64,000 nucleotides of DNA, from NCBI RefSeq assembly GCF_025612915.1, contig NC_069116.1:6218123-6282122 (forward strand), in the 5' to 3' direction. Each line of letters starts with the position of its first letter. The stretch's first letter is position 1. A model generated the notes under the pieces. The model was not told where the DNA came from, searched no databases, and was given only the letters and a program-made list of their open reading frames with translations. Shown here in pieces: positions 1-10,779 of this stretch. The position numbers and the translations under genes were made by a program. The DNA is from Crassostrea angulata (Eukaryota).

Positions 1-248
1 AATTGATGACTGTTTTTGATTGAGTAATGCAATTCTATGATCACCAGGTTTTATGAATTGTTTCAAAAGCAAAAAACTAAAGTTGATTGATGCTGATTGA
101 TTGATGCTTGTTCTTGTTGTCATTGATTGCATTCTTGTCATTTGATATTGAAAAAAAGTAACCAGATTTTTCACTAAACAAATAAGTAACATGTACATTG
201 AAAAATTTGCCTTGTAATATGTATTGCTATTTATTCTGTATTTAACAG

Positions 249-411
249 GCAGGAGACAGAGTTGGAGTGAAGAGACGAGGGGATGGCACGCTCCACTTTT
301 ATGTGAATGGGATTGATCAAGGGCAGGGGGCAACAGGTGTCCCTCCCAATGTGTATGGGGTCATTGACCTTTATGGTCAGGCAGCACAGACCACCATTGT
401 TGACCATACAG
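249..411 (+). CDS. NEURL4: NEURL4-like exon (partial gene, C-terminal half of an NHR domain: [44 protein letters not shown])
   Basis: Acceptor ttaacag|GC at 247-248 and donor G|gtaaat at 412. The exon is an open frame matching the second half of a neuralized homology repeat (DGTLHFY.NG...G.......VY.V.DLYG). Confidence 0.75.
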
Positions 412-744
412 GTAAATATATTGAGGACCCTTTGTTGAAATGTATACACCCTAATCTAATCAGCTTGTCAGTTTTGAAAATCTGATGATTTTGTTTTATT
501 ATAAAACAGGTGTTTTTATTTATACATGTACATGTATATACATGTAATTATAAATGTTAGCTTGTTATTAAGTTAAATTGTACCTCACTCTTGTGTAATG
601 CCTTGAATGGAAAGAGTGCAGCATTTGAAATATTATGAATATTCAGACAATTTAAGCCTGTATTGCCCTGTAAGAAACAAGTGAAGTTAGAGGACTTCTT
701 AATAAGAAGTGACATGAGCAGAATGAGGTTGTGTCCTGTTTTAG

Positions 745-1063
745 ATCCCCTATCTCCGGATGCTGACTCCAGTAATATAAGCGACACAGAGGAACTCCGT
801 TTCCATCACATTCATGGTCAGAATTCCACCATCGCTAACAATGGTCGCACCTGTCTAAGGCCCAATGCCACAGGCGAGTTTAACGATGCAATAATAATGA
901 GCAGTCGTCCCCTGAAAGATAACGAGCTGTTTGAAGTTATCATTGAGAAGATGGTGGATCGCTGGTCTGGGTCACTGGAGGCAGGGGTGACCCTAATCAA
1001 ACCAGAGGAGCTGGAGTTTCCCAACACGATGACAGACATAGCATACGATACTTGGATGCTTAG
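745..1063 (+). CDS. NEURL4: NEURL4-like exon (N-terminal half of an NHR: [64 protein letters not shown])
   Basis: Acceptor ttttag|AT at 743-744 and donor AG|gtaggc at 1064. Phase 1 in, phase 2 out, consistent with the flanking exons. The NHR signature FH..HG.N..L.N.G..A.R.........FS.RPL...E.FEV.I.....WSGSL..G.T is present. Confidence 0.8.
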
Positions 1064-1308
1064 GTAGGCAGCTTGAACAGGACATATATAGGAAATAACA
1101 ATCTTATCATCCATGGCTTATCCATTATGTTACTTTTGAAGATTTCTAGAGTCTATGATTCTTAAAAAGAAAACTATGAATCAGATGTATAAAATTTTAA
1201 ACAATATGCATATAAAAATGTTTAAATATTTTGAAAGAAGAATGAAGCGTGAGATACTTTGGATGATTGATTTTGAAGACAATATTTTTGGGGTGTTGAT
1301 TTTGCCAG

Positions 1309-1478
1309 TGGGGCAGCCATCATGCAGGATGGGTCTACTATCAGAAATGGGTACCCCCTCGACCTTGATGCTGTTACTGTGGGTTGTAGGATCGGGATCA
1401 TGCGGTGCTCTGATGGCACTCTACATTATTTCTTGAACGGGGCTGACCAGGGAGCGGCCTGCTCAGATGTTCCACATG
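1309..1478 (+). CDS. NEURL4: NEURL4-like exon (C-terminal half of an NHR: [15 protein letters not shown]...[31 protein letters not shown])
   Basis: Acceptor ttgccag|T at 1307-1308 and donor G|gtgtgt at 1479. The incoming and outgoing phases match the neighbouring exons. Confidence 0.8.
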
Positions 1479-1821
1479 GTGTGTTATATCTCATAAACAG
1501 TATATGCCCATTCTAGATCATAATGCATTGTTTACATAGTTATTTTTTCTGTTAAAGTTTGTCAAATCAAGCTTGAAAAAGATTTTTCCTCTTTAAAATT
1601 TGCCCTAACAAGGAAATGTTTATACAATAAATGAACTTATAAATGATGTTCAGACTTCTGAAGCACATCTAACTCAGTGTCCTCAATTTTATGTACATTA
1701 CAATGATGTTAAAGAGCATTAAGTAAAAGGAATTAGATGCTGATTCCTGTGCACGTGGAACATACACTGTACCATGGAAGAGTTAAATTTGTTTTACCTA
1801 CTTTGATATCATTTTTAACAT

Positions 1822-1828
<7 letters not shown>

Positions 1829-1870
<42 letters not shown>

Positions 1871-2205
1871 ATTTTGTCGTCTTGTCTGTCCGTCCGTAAA
1901 CTTTTCACATTTTCAACATCTTCTCAAGAACTACTGGGCCAATTTCAACCAAACTTGGCAGAAATCATCCTTAGGCAAAGGGGATTCAAAGTTGTGAAAA
2001 TTAAAGCCACACCCTTTTTCAGGGGGAGATAATTAGAAATTATTGAAAAATTTTGAGAAATTTTCAAAATTCTTCTTCTCAAGAACCATAAAGCCAGGAA
2101 AGCTGAAACTTGTATGGAAGTATCCTCAGGTAGTGTAGATTCAAAGTTGTGAAAATCATGACCCCAGGGGGTAGGGTGGGGCACAATGGAGGGTCGAAGT
2201 TTTAT
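1829..2205 (+). mobile_element. Composite MITE/satellite-like repeat in NEURL4-like intron: 13-bp-stem hairpin (agctcacctgagc...gctcaagtgagct) + (GTCY)n head + about 2.5 tandem units of about 145 bp ending in gacccc(a/t)ggggg
   Basis: The palindrome and tandem units are directly visible. The same unit resumes at 3284–3560 after the LINE insertion. Confidence 0.7.
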
Positions 2206-3283
2206 CCTTGCTAGGATATCATGAATTTTGTACAAAATTTGAATTAAAAACACCATTTACATTATTTCTTGGAGTAATTGATTGTATTAGAAAAGTACAT
2301 TTGAATTATGACTATGGTAATATTCAAAGAAGTCAACCTTATTTCCCAAAATTCTTACAATTGATTACAAAAAGCAAACAAGGTGGTAGAGATTTCTATG
2401 ATGTTTTTATTAATCAGAAGTACAGAAAGCCAAAAAGTGAAATCAAATGGGAAAATATTTTAAACTTAAATGTTGACAATTCTTGGTGGAAAAAACAAAA
2501 TATTTTGTTTTTTAAAATAACAAATGATATACAATTAAGGTGGTTCAATTATAGAATTATACATAGAATCTTAGCAACGAATACATTCTTATGTAAAATT
2601 GGCATTACCAGTACAAATTTATGTAGTTTTTGTAAGATACATCCAGAAACACTGTGTCATCTTTTCTGGGAATGTGAATTTGTTGAAAATATTTGGGAAA
2701 ATGCATTGATTTGGTTCAAAGAACAGTTTGGAATAGATATATCTCTAAACAAAGTTGATGTTATGTTAGGAAAATACTACAAGTATTACAATATATTTAA
2801 TTTAATAATATGCATAATTAAAAAACATATTTATAGAAGTAGGAGCAAGAGTTGTAAACCCTCATTTGAAAGGGTCAAAGAGGAAATTGTTTACTACTTT
2901 CACTGTGAGAAACATATTTATAAAAAAAAATGGTGACATGGAAAGTTTTAATAAGCGATGGAACCTGATAATGTTTTAAGAAAAAGGATAACTATTTTTT
3001 ATGCAGTTACAGATGATGTAATACAATTATCTATTGCAAAAGCAAGATTAACATAAAATTATAGTTGTCTACATATTTTCATACGCATGTGTTTGGATGA
3101 ATATGTATAAATGTTAAAGAGAAAAACCTCTCACAAAAGTGTACAAGTTTATATATTTATATGTAACTGTATGTAACTTAGTACTTGGTGATCCCAGGGC
3201 CCCAACCCTGGCACCAAATATATTGCTTTATATTAAGTGATGGGACAATATAAGGTTAAAAGAAAAAAAGAAAAAAAAAAAGT
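2206..3283 (+). mobile_element. 5'-truncated non-LTR retrotransposon (LINE) 3' fragment: ORF2 C-terminal zf-RVT-like domain (ORF 2208–2936), 3' UTR and A-rich tail
   Basis: The ORF carries a W..RI.H.ILATN..L......S..C..C......HLFWEC cysteine motif typical of LINE RT C-termini. An A-rich tail lies at about 3258–3283. It is flanked by the same tandem repeat with an agtttta-like duplication at both junctions. Confidence 0.7.
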
Positions 3284-3560
3284 TTTACGTAGGAATCTAT
3301 TGAGTAAATGTTTAAAAATCTTCTTCTCAGAAACTAATCAGCCAGGAAAGCTAAAACTTGTGTGGAAGTATCCTCAGGTAGTGTAGATTCAAAGTTGTGA
3401 AAATCATGACCCCTGGGGGTAGGGTGGGGCACAATTGAGGGTCGAAGTTTTACATAGGAATATATAGAGTAAATCTTTAAAAATCTTCTTCTCAGAAACT
3501 AATCAGCCAGGAAAGCTAAAACTTGTGTGGAAGTATCCTCAGGTAGTGTAGATTCTTAAG
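3284..3560 (+). repeat. Continuation of the about-145-bp tandem repeat (two units) interrupted by the LINE insertion
   Basis: Units at 3290–3430 and 3430–3560 are near-identical to 2040–2200. Confidence 0.7.
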
Positions 3561-3893
3561 ACTTTGGTTCCAGGACAATTCTTCGGCCTCACAAGAAGGT
3601 TCAGAGTTTGATGTAGCTTTATATTCCATATATAAACAATCGGTAAGGATCTTTTTGAGAACTGCAATACTCAACATGTGATATGACTATGAAATCATCC
3701 TGTTGGAAAAGGGACTTATGATTATAAACATAAGAATATCCAAGGGGAAAATGGATTTGATATATACAGGATCTACATGTATTATTGTACATTGTCCAGA
3801 TAGTTTGTATTATGACTCCATTAAGCTGATTTTATCATACCTATTATTCTTCAGGTGAGCGATGTGGCCCATGAGCCTCTTGTTTAATTTCAG

Positions 3894-4019
3894 GTATATT
3901 TGCTGTGATTGACCTATATGGACAGTGTGCTCAGGTGTCTATTACCAGTGGATCAGGTGTTTACCAAGACAACAACCTCCCACAGTCTGATCAGGCCATT
4001 ATGTCACCCTCCTCATCAG
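3894..4019 (+). CDS. NEURL4: NEURL4-like exon (end of NHR plus linker: IFAVIDLYGQCAQVSITSGSGVYQDNNLPQSDQAIMSPSSS)
   Basis: Acceptor aatttcag|GT at 3892-3893 and donor CAG|gtaaat at 4020. The split codon with the previous exon gives Gly. The motif DLYGQ is present. Confidence 0.8.
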
Positions 4020-4363
4020 GTAAATAAACAAGTCATAATGTCACCTTACTCATCAGGTAAATAAACAAGCTATAATATCATCATTCCCATCAGGTAAATA
4101 AACAAGTCATTATGTAACCTTCCTCATCAGGTAAATAAACAAATCACAATGTAACCCCCCTCATCAGGTAAATAAACTAGTCATAATGTCACCCTCCTCA
4201 TCAGGTAAATAAAAAAGTCATAATGTCAATGTCCTCATCAGGTAAATAAACAAGTCATAATGTCACCCTCCTCATCAGGTAAATAAACAAGTCATAATGT
4301 CACCCTCCTCATCAGGTAAATAAACAAGTCATAATGTCACCCTCCTCATCAGGTAAATAAACA
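3996..4363 (+). repeat. 36-bp minisatellite of about 10 copies (unit approx gtcataatgtcaccctcctcatcaggtaaataaacaa) seeded from the exon 4/intron junction
   Basis: Each unit repeats the exon-4 3' end plus the 5' splice site CATCAG|GTAAATAAAC. Confidence 0.9.
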
Positions 4364-4428
4364 TCTTTAAAAAGAGTAATTATCCCTGCAAATGCAAGTA
4401 ATTTACTCAAACATTCCTCTTGTTACAG

Positions 4429-4568
4429 ATGTTTCTCACCGCTTTAGTTTGTGTTGTGGTAAATGTATAACAATAAAAAACAACAGCTGTACCACGGTAC
4501 GTTCCACTGGGTACAACAACGCCATCGTGTTCAGCTCCGATCCACTCAAGAGGGACGAGATATTTGAG
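4429..4568 (+). CDS. NEURL4: NEURL4-like exon (NHR N-terminal half: DVSHRFSLCCGKCITIKNNSCTTVRSTGYNNAIVFSSDPLKRDEIFE)
   Basis: Acceptor tgttacag|AT at 4427-4428 and donor GAG|gtgagg at 4569. Phase continuity holds. Confidence 0.8.
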
Positions 4569-4901
4569 GTGAGGAATTGAATGTGAAAGCATCTTCATCC
4601 AATTTAATAAGATATGGAAACAGTGTTTTTTCCCCCCATTTTATACTTGTTAATGAATAAGTAATGCTATAAATTTTAAAATCACTTTTTGAAGTATTTT
4701 TAAGAATGAATGAGTTAAGAAGAGTAACTGGTGATTTTGCCCCTATAGAGACTAGCCCTCGTGTCTTTGTTGCATATACTCATTATAGAATGATGTTCTC
4801 TAATAGTATAAATGTTACATATCCTACACTCTAAATAAATAGGTTTACAGTACCTTACAGTGGTGTAAAACTGTAAACATGTCTTCTTCCTTTTTTAACA
4901 G

Positions 4902-5114
4902 ATAAGAATTGATCAGGTGTGCCGAGTATGGTCTGGGTCACTACACATTGGTCTGACCACTCTAGCGATCTCTGATACAACCTCTTCCTCAATCATCCCA
5001 GCGTCTGCCCTTGAACTGACCTCCAAACTGACGTGGTTAATCACAGGGTCAGAGGTCAGGAAGAATGGTTTTGTCATCAAGGAGAACTATGCACCAGCTC
5101 TTGAGAGATTAGAG
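4902..5114 (+). CDS. NEURL4: NEURL4-like exon (NHR middle: IRIDQVCRVWSGSLHIGLTTLAIS...FVIKENYAPALERLE)
   Basis: Acceptor ttttaacag|AT at 4900-4901 and donor GAG|gtgagg at 5115. Phase 0 in, phase 0 out. Confidence 0.8.
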
Positions 5115-5376
5115 GTGAGGTCAAGAGATCATGCATTTCTATGCAATGATTGTTGGTAAATACATGAACATAAGAATGTACATGTACCAGTAAATATTTT
5201 TGAATTTCTTCATGCATTTACATGTACAAAGATGGTACCTGTAGTTTGAGAACTGAGAGAAAACTTCTAGAAAATAAAACAGTGATCGGATGATCAGAAA
5301 ATGAATTTGATAGGTTTTGCAGAATAAAGTAATCTGGTTTGTAATTGCTATATTTTTGGTGGGATTCTTTAAACAG

Positions 5377-5772
5377 GTTGGTAATTTTGTGGGCATCCGC
5401 CGCGTCTCAGATGGAACTCTTCATCTGTACATTAATGGTGAGGACATGGGCGTGGCAGCCTCTAACATCCCTAAGAACGTGTTTGTGGTGATCGACCTTT
5501 ATGGTCCAGTGGAGATGATCACCATCACCAGCAGTTGCTCTTGGGACGCCTCTTTAATGGCCAGCCAGCAGTCTCAGTCCATTACCTCAGAACTCGCCGA
5601 GGCAGCGGAGTTTGATGCGGATGAGGAATACCCCAATACTATTGGGTTCCACACGAACCATGGCAAGAATATAATGATCAGTAATGGAGGCCTGACAGCT
5701 GACAGAACAGAGAGTTACAACCAGGGAATTATTGTTACTAGCCAGCCACTGCGCAAGAAACACATGTTTCAG
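5377..5772 (+). CDS. NEURL4: NEURL4-like exon (end of one NHR, linker, start of the next NHR: ...GIRRVSDGTLHLYINGEDMGVAASNIPKNVFVVIDLYG...GFHTNHGKNIMISNGGLTADRTESYNQGIIVTSQPLRKKHMFQ)
   Basis: Acceptor taaacag|GT at 5375-5376 and donor CAG|gtagtc at 5773. The exon is 396 nt, open, phase 0 both sides. Confidence 0.85.
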
Positions 5773-6037
5773 GTAGTCATCTTCAGTGCTCTCTCTTGAT
5801 TGGTGCAATGTACTTTATCTTTCAAGACATAATTCTTGAATTTGTGAAATGTACTGGTACATAAAATTGAGAGTTCTGTTATAGTAATGTTAAGAAAATT
5901 TGGTTCGCAAAATGTCTCCTATGGAAGCTTTAGGGCAGTATTTGGTGTGAGAGAAAATTGTTATTATTTAATATGAACATGATACACTTGGTATATAACA
6001 GGTATCATACAATTTGAAAGTTTTTTACCTGTATCAG

Positions 6038-6196
6038 GTGCGGATTGAACACCTGAACACCCGCTGGAGTTTCTCACTGATGATCGGTGTATTGGGATTC
6101 CCCCCTGATAAATACACCTTTCCTGTGTCTTCCATGTCCATCAAAAAGTCCTGTATCATGATTCAGGGGAATGCAGTGTACAGCTCAGGGTGTAAG
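6038..6196 (+). CDS. NEURL4: NEURL4-like exon (VRIEHLNTRWSFSLMIGVLGFPPDKYTFPVSSMSIKKSCIMIQGNAVYSSGCK)
   Basis: Acceptor gtatcag|GT at 6036-6037 and donor AAG|gtaggg at 6197. Phase 0 both sides. Confidence 0.8.
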
Positions 6197-6553
6197 GTAG
6201 GGGCTCTCTAGATATACATTATTACGTGCAGTGCATATCTACACACAGACTCTTTGATTATCATTTGATGATTTGATGATTTTTTAGGCATATTCATGTA
6301 AAGTGATTTGCATGTGTACCAGGCTACATCTATTTTTTTCCCTTAACAAGGACAGATCCACAGCGAATACCACAAGTTTTTGTCTTATAGTCTCTATGTA
6401 ATGTTTAATATTAAGATGAAAAAGAACTTTTTGAGTTTTGTAATATAAAACATGTTTAATGTGCTGATATAGTTGTGTAGATACATGCTACAAACATGTA
6501 TTAACAGATGATTGAAGACTGACTTAAATCGCATTGAAATTCATTTTACACAG

Positions 6554-6733
6554 ATTAAAGAAAATTATGGTCCAAATCTGGATGAGCTACAGATTGGTCA
6601 TGTGATAGGGATAATGGTGGATGAGGAGAGTAACCTGCGACTGTTTTTTAACGGGGTGGATCAAGGCGTGGCGGCGCGGGATGTCCCAGGCTCCTGTTAC
6701 GGTCTGGTGGATCTCTATGGGATTTGTGACAAG
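6554..6733 (+). CDS. NEURL4: NEURL4-like exon (last NHR C-terminal half: IKENYGPNLDELQIGHVIGIMVDEESNLRLFFNGVDQGVAARDVPGSCYGLVDLYGICDK)
   Basis: Acceptor tacacag|AT at 6552-6553 and donor AAG|gtaggc at 6734. Phase 0 both sides. Confidence 0.8.
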
Positions 6734-6996
6734 GTAGGCAGACAGGAGAATTGGGTGGGGGATCAGATGGGAATATTTATTGTTGCTTGTTGTGTGTATC
6801 ATTTTATTTTTTTTTCAAAATTATCAAACTAAGATCTGCAAATTAAATAATTGTAAACAGCCTTCTGCATAATGAAAGAGCTAAAGTAAGTGTTGTGTTT
6901 AGAAGAATATTTCTACCTGCAAACCAGTCTAAAGGACTATTGTCATTTGTAACTAGATTTTCTGTTCGTTTGATTGTGTCTCTGTTGATCTGTCAG

Positions 6997-7087
6997 GTGA
7001 CAGTGGTCCCTAACGAAGGAAGTGGGGAATCCCCTGAGCCTCATCACAAAGACAAAGAGAAGGCAGAGAAAGAAAATATGGAAGAAG
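6997..7087 (+). CDS. NEURL4: NEURL4-like exon (acidic linker VTVVPNEGSGESPEPHHKDKEKAEKENMEE)
   Basis: Acceptor ctgtcag|GT at 6995-6996. Donor is AAG|gtgggt at 7088. An alternative donor lies 4 nt downstream. Confidence 0.6.
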
Positions 7088-7239
7088 GTGGGTAATTGCT
7101 CCCTGACATACAAGCAGACCACACAACCTGATACATGTAGTTGATATTGGCATTACAGTACATGTAAACTTTATTGAAGCAGCCCAATCTTCTTTTTAAT
7201 TGTTGAAATAATTTCCTAGGATACTTTTTCTGTTAACAG

Positions 7240-7350
7240 TGCTTAAGGAAAAGCAGAGTCTGAGTGAGTCCATTTTAGGGAGTGTTGTGATTCGGCCATG
7301 CGAGTACGCCAAAACTTGCTCCAAAGTTCGCAGTCTGATGGGTATCCCGG
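7240..7350 (+). CDS. NEURL4: NEURL4-like C-terminal region exon (VLKEKQSLSESILGSVVIRPCEYAKTCSKVRSLMGIPG)
   Basis: Acceptor gttaacag|TG at 7238-7239 and donor G|gtaagt at 7351. The phase is compatible with the previous exon. Confidence 0.65.
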
Positions 7351-7597
7351 GTAAGTCAACAGAGCATAAAAGTTACATTGTATAACCATAATTATCATAT
7401 TAGAAATTTTTTTTGTAAACTGGAAATTTTCTCCTTGAATATAATACCGGTAATAATTAAAATAATTACAATTTATAAACTTTTTGATATTTTTGTTGAG
7501 TAAAATAACTACTTTTTAGGGTTTTATGGTGCAGAGAATTGAAATTATTGTTGACTACCTGACCTCTTCAAATTACATGCTTCATTCTTAACTGCAG

Positions 7598-7736
7598 ATG
7601 GATTCTTCCTGGAACAACAAATGACATGTTATTGTGAATCTTGCCATAAACTTAGATCGGAGGATTTGTATCTCAGGAGAGGGGAACCCCCTAGGGAGTA
7701 CTCGGTACCCCTGGGATGGTGCCGATACATTCTCAA
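7598..7736 (+). CDS. NEURL4: NEURL4-like C-terminal exon (DGFFLEQQMTCYCESCHKLRSEDLYLRRGEPPREYSVPLGWCRYIL)
   Basis: Acceptor aactgcag|AT at 7596-7597 and donor AA|gtaagt at 7737. Phase compatible. Confidence 0.7.
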
Positions 7737-8113
7737 GTAAGTTATTCCTTTCATACAACTTAGAAGGGCCCAGTTCCCACTAAACAAAATAAATTAATCC
7801 TTAGTTTCGAAAGCCAATATTAAAAATATAACGTGGGAAACAGGTATTTTATTTTTAATTACATATGTACATGTACATTGTGAGATTTGCAGAGGGGAAT
7901 AACTCATTTTTAGGCGATGCCTGTTGAGAAACTAAAATATTTTTTTTGCCCAGCCTTAGTGACACCCTAATAATGAATTTTGATACCAAGTTTCAAGTGC
8001 AGGTCAAAATCATTATTTTTTTATTGGGCTTGTAAACATCTAGGAACCATTTACCAGTTCTTAAAACTGTCTGATATTTCACTTCTCCCCCTGGGATTTT
8101 TCTTTCCTTGCAG

Positions 8114-8229
8114 ACAGCGTCAGAAAGCATCATCATTTGTAGCATCGGACAAATGGCATGTGGCATATTATGGAACGCAGCTGGAGGTCCTTAGAAAAAT
8201 TCTAGACACTGGAGATATACATGCATGTA
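8114..8229 (+). CDS. NEURL4: NEURL4-like C-terminal exon (KQRQKASSFVASDKWHVAYYGTQLEVLRKILDTGDIHAC)
   Basis: Acceptor tccttgcag|AC at 8112-8113 and donor A|gtaagt at 8230. Phase compatible. Confidence 0.7.
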
Positions 8230-8468
8230 GTAAGTGTTTGGAAGAGGTGATTACATAAATAGGCAACAAATGTTACACCATCAGATCACATTTATATATT
8301 TTGACAAAATCATGAACATGCATAAAAAACATAACTTGTGCTTAAAACTCAGATATTTAAAGATACTGCCAAGTTTGACTAATTTCAGAAAATGTTTGGG
8401 AGTGCAAACTAGCTTAGAACAAAGACAAGTGGCGAACGTGTAAAACCATATATGCTTTTGTTGTCAAG

Positions 8469-8616
8469 GTGACCAGATGGGAGGAGGAAGCATTCTGCTG
8501 CCACAGTCCATAGCATTCACCGAGAAATCCCGCCCAGACAGCTCTAGTCTCAAACAAATCATCATGTCTCCCACTATACGATACATAGGATGTAACGAGT
8601 TCTCGCCCAAATTCAA
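8469..8616 (+). CDS. NEURL4: NEURL4-like C-terminal exon (SDQMGGGSILLPQSIAFTEKSRPDSSSLKQIIMSPTIRYIGCNEFSPKF)
   Basis: Acceptor ttgtcaag|GT at 8467-8468 and donor AA|gtaagt at 8617. The − strand ORF 8464–8652 in the track is the antisense of this exon. Confidence 0.65.
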
Positions 8617-8838
8617 GTAAGTCACAAAATTATTATTTCTCCAATGATACAAAACATTAGATGTAATACACCCTCACAGCAATCAAGTTTAAGTTAGATG
8701 TACATATGTATATATACTTTAATCCCCCCTAATAAGGCAATGTAAAGTCACAGGATCATTATGGTCTTCAGCAACATTCCACCTTTACAACATTCCTTTA
8801 TATCGTATATGTCTGATAATTGCTTCTCTTTATTACAG

Positions 8839-9049
8839 ACTTCTAGATCCAAGAACAAAAAAGACATTCCATGTTCGAGTGGCATTTCAGGTCTGGCTAA
8901 AACCAGGCTCGTATAAAACAGGTCCCCAGAGTCTGGGTCTCACCGATCAGATTGATCCACAGTTCCCCAACAGTGAACTGGAGTGGTCCACCAAGGAGCA
9001 TGGGTCCGTTCTCTTACATGGACTGCTTATAAAGATAGAAAACTTGTAG
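8839..9049 (+). CDS. NEURL4: NEURL4-like terminal coding exon (...FHVRVAFQVWLKPGSYKTGPQSLGLTDQIDPQFPNSELEWSTKEHGSVLLHGLLIKIENL*)
   Basis: Acceptor tattacag|AC at 8837-8838. Stop TAG at 9047-9049, followed by 3' UTR. Confidence 0.7.
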
Positions 9050-10420
9050 CAGAAAACAGTTCTAAGACAGTTTATTTAATTAGGATTGCGGTCTAAGTGT
9101 TACAGGAAACAAAATTGGAGGGTGAAAGTTACAAGAACTTCTTAGCACTATTTAAAGAGCCTACAGTCCATCAGGAGGACACTGATTGAATAGATATATA
9201 TTACTAGTCTTCTCAAAAAATGAGAAAAAGACAAAAATGTTATCTGAGGAGAATGTAGCAATGGACTACAAAAAAATCCAGTTGAATGATGTTTGTGTGT
9301 GATTGTAATTTTGAATTTGCTAAATCAAAGTATTTTGCCATTAAGCACACTATGTAGTTGGATCTATTGTTTGATCAAGAGTTTTACGTAATCATGCATC
9401 AAAGTAATTAACTTTCATCCATACGGACACATATCTGTACCTGAATCAACCTACAGCTCATATGACTTGCTCACCATATGTATTGATGTGTGTTCACTGA
9501 CCACCTATTACAAAGGTTACAAAAAACAGCAACTGAAACCACGGCTACATTCAAGTGAATCAGGAATTCCTGAACTTTTTAAAATATTGTTAGTGGTTTT
9601 GTTTCTGTTTTATTTTTTAATGAAGATTTTGATACATGTAGAACAGATTTTACATTCAGAAAGATAGCTTTACTTGCATGAATTGTAAGTAGAAAACAGA
9701 ATGATGAAAAAATTTACAAATCAGAATATTCAATAATCTTTGTTGTTTTATAAGATTTTGTATTGGTGTCAGTGTGTTAACATAAAAACCTTTTTGTTGT
9801 ACTGAAGTTGTAAACAAAGTCCGAGTGACACGGTAGACTGTCAGAAGTATGTGATGGTGAGTCATTATTTATTACAGCATACTTGATGGTTTGTAACTTT
9901 ACCAGTCATTCTTGGTGGTTGATTGCTTTATGGTAAGTAAGCAGCATTGCGATTTATCAGTTAGAGGTCATGTATGTATAAGACTGGCATTTTGAGAATG
10001 GCTAATAAGTTGATCTGTAAAGTATTATTGTCAGGTATTTAAAACCAATGAAATCAGTCTAAAACATATTTTAGATGTGTTTGTATGAATTTTAATATAC
10101 TGTACATGTATATTTATGTGTCTTACTGTGTATGTATTTGTTTAATATATAAATAATAACTCCATAGGAGTGTTTTGACAATTTGAGGCTAACTGCCTTT
10201 GACACAATTTTAGCCATTACAATAATGTTTTTTGTTTTCAAAAAAGAATTTTCAATAGTAGATTTGTTTACAATATTAATATTAATAGAATGCAGATGTT
10301 TTTCAATTTTTTAATTTATTATGTTTGTTACTGATCTCACCTTCTCCATATCTGTTTTGTGTATAATACCGCAAAATAAAAGAGGGCGATAAATTTTAGG
10401 GAGTTATTTGCTCTTTTATT

Positions 10421-10442
10421 GAGAGAGAGAGAGAGAGAGAGA
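10421..10442. repeat. (GA)n microsatellite
   Basis: The run gagagagagagagagagagaga is directly visible. Confidence 0.9.
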
Positions 10443-10779
10443 CCCCCTCGGTCATTCTTCCTATTGAATTGACTAGTAACCCTAGGGTTATGTTGATGCG
10501 TACGCAGAGGCTAGACTCTATTATGAATGCAAATAATACGACAAATGTTGCTCTAGTGTTTTAAATGGCTAATAACTTTCTATTGTTTTTTTAAGCCAGC
10601 TGATCCAAGTCTTAATTATGTTTGGATGTAAAATTTACATAGTTGTATTTTTTTTTTTTTAGATAATATTACCATTCATAAAGTATATCTCTTTTGCAAG
10701 AAAAAAATTCTCCTGCAATTCCGTTGTAAAATTTCCCTGCCATTCATAACTAATAAGATTCCCTTCCTCTTGCTAAGGA

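Noticed and set aside
231-1114. Track ORFs on the − strand (231–449, 557–787, 818–1114) and similar antisense ORFs at 4407–4598, 5587–5808, 6587–6802 and 8464–8652
   Set aside because: They overlap NEURL4-like exons that have NHR domain matches, canonical splice sites and phase continuity on the + strand. The antisense frames have no recognisable content.
2208-2936. 242-aa ORF as a host protein-coding gene
   Set aside because: It is the C-terminal zf-RVT-like domain of a LINE ORF2, with a poly(A) tail and TSD, 5'-truncated, lying inside an intron. It is mobile-element debris, not a cellular gene.
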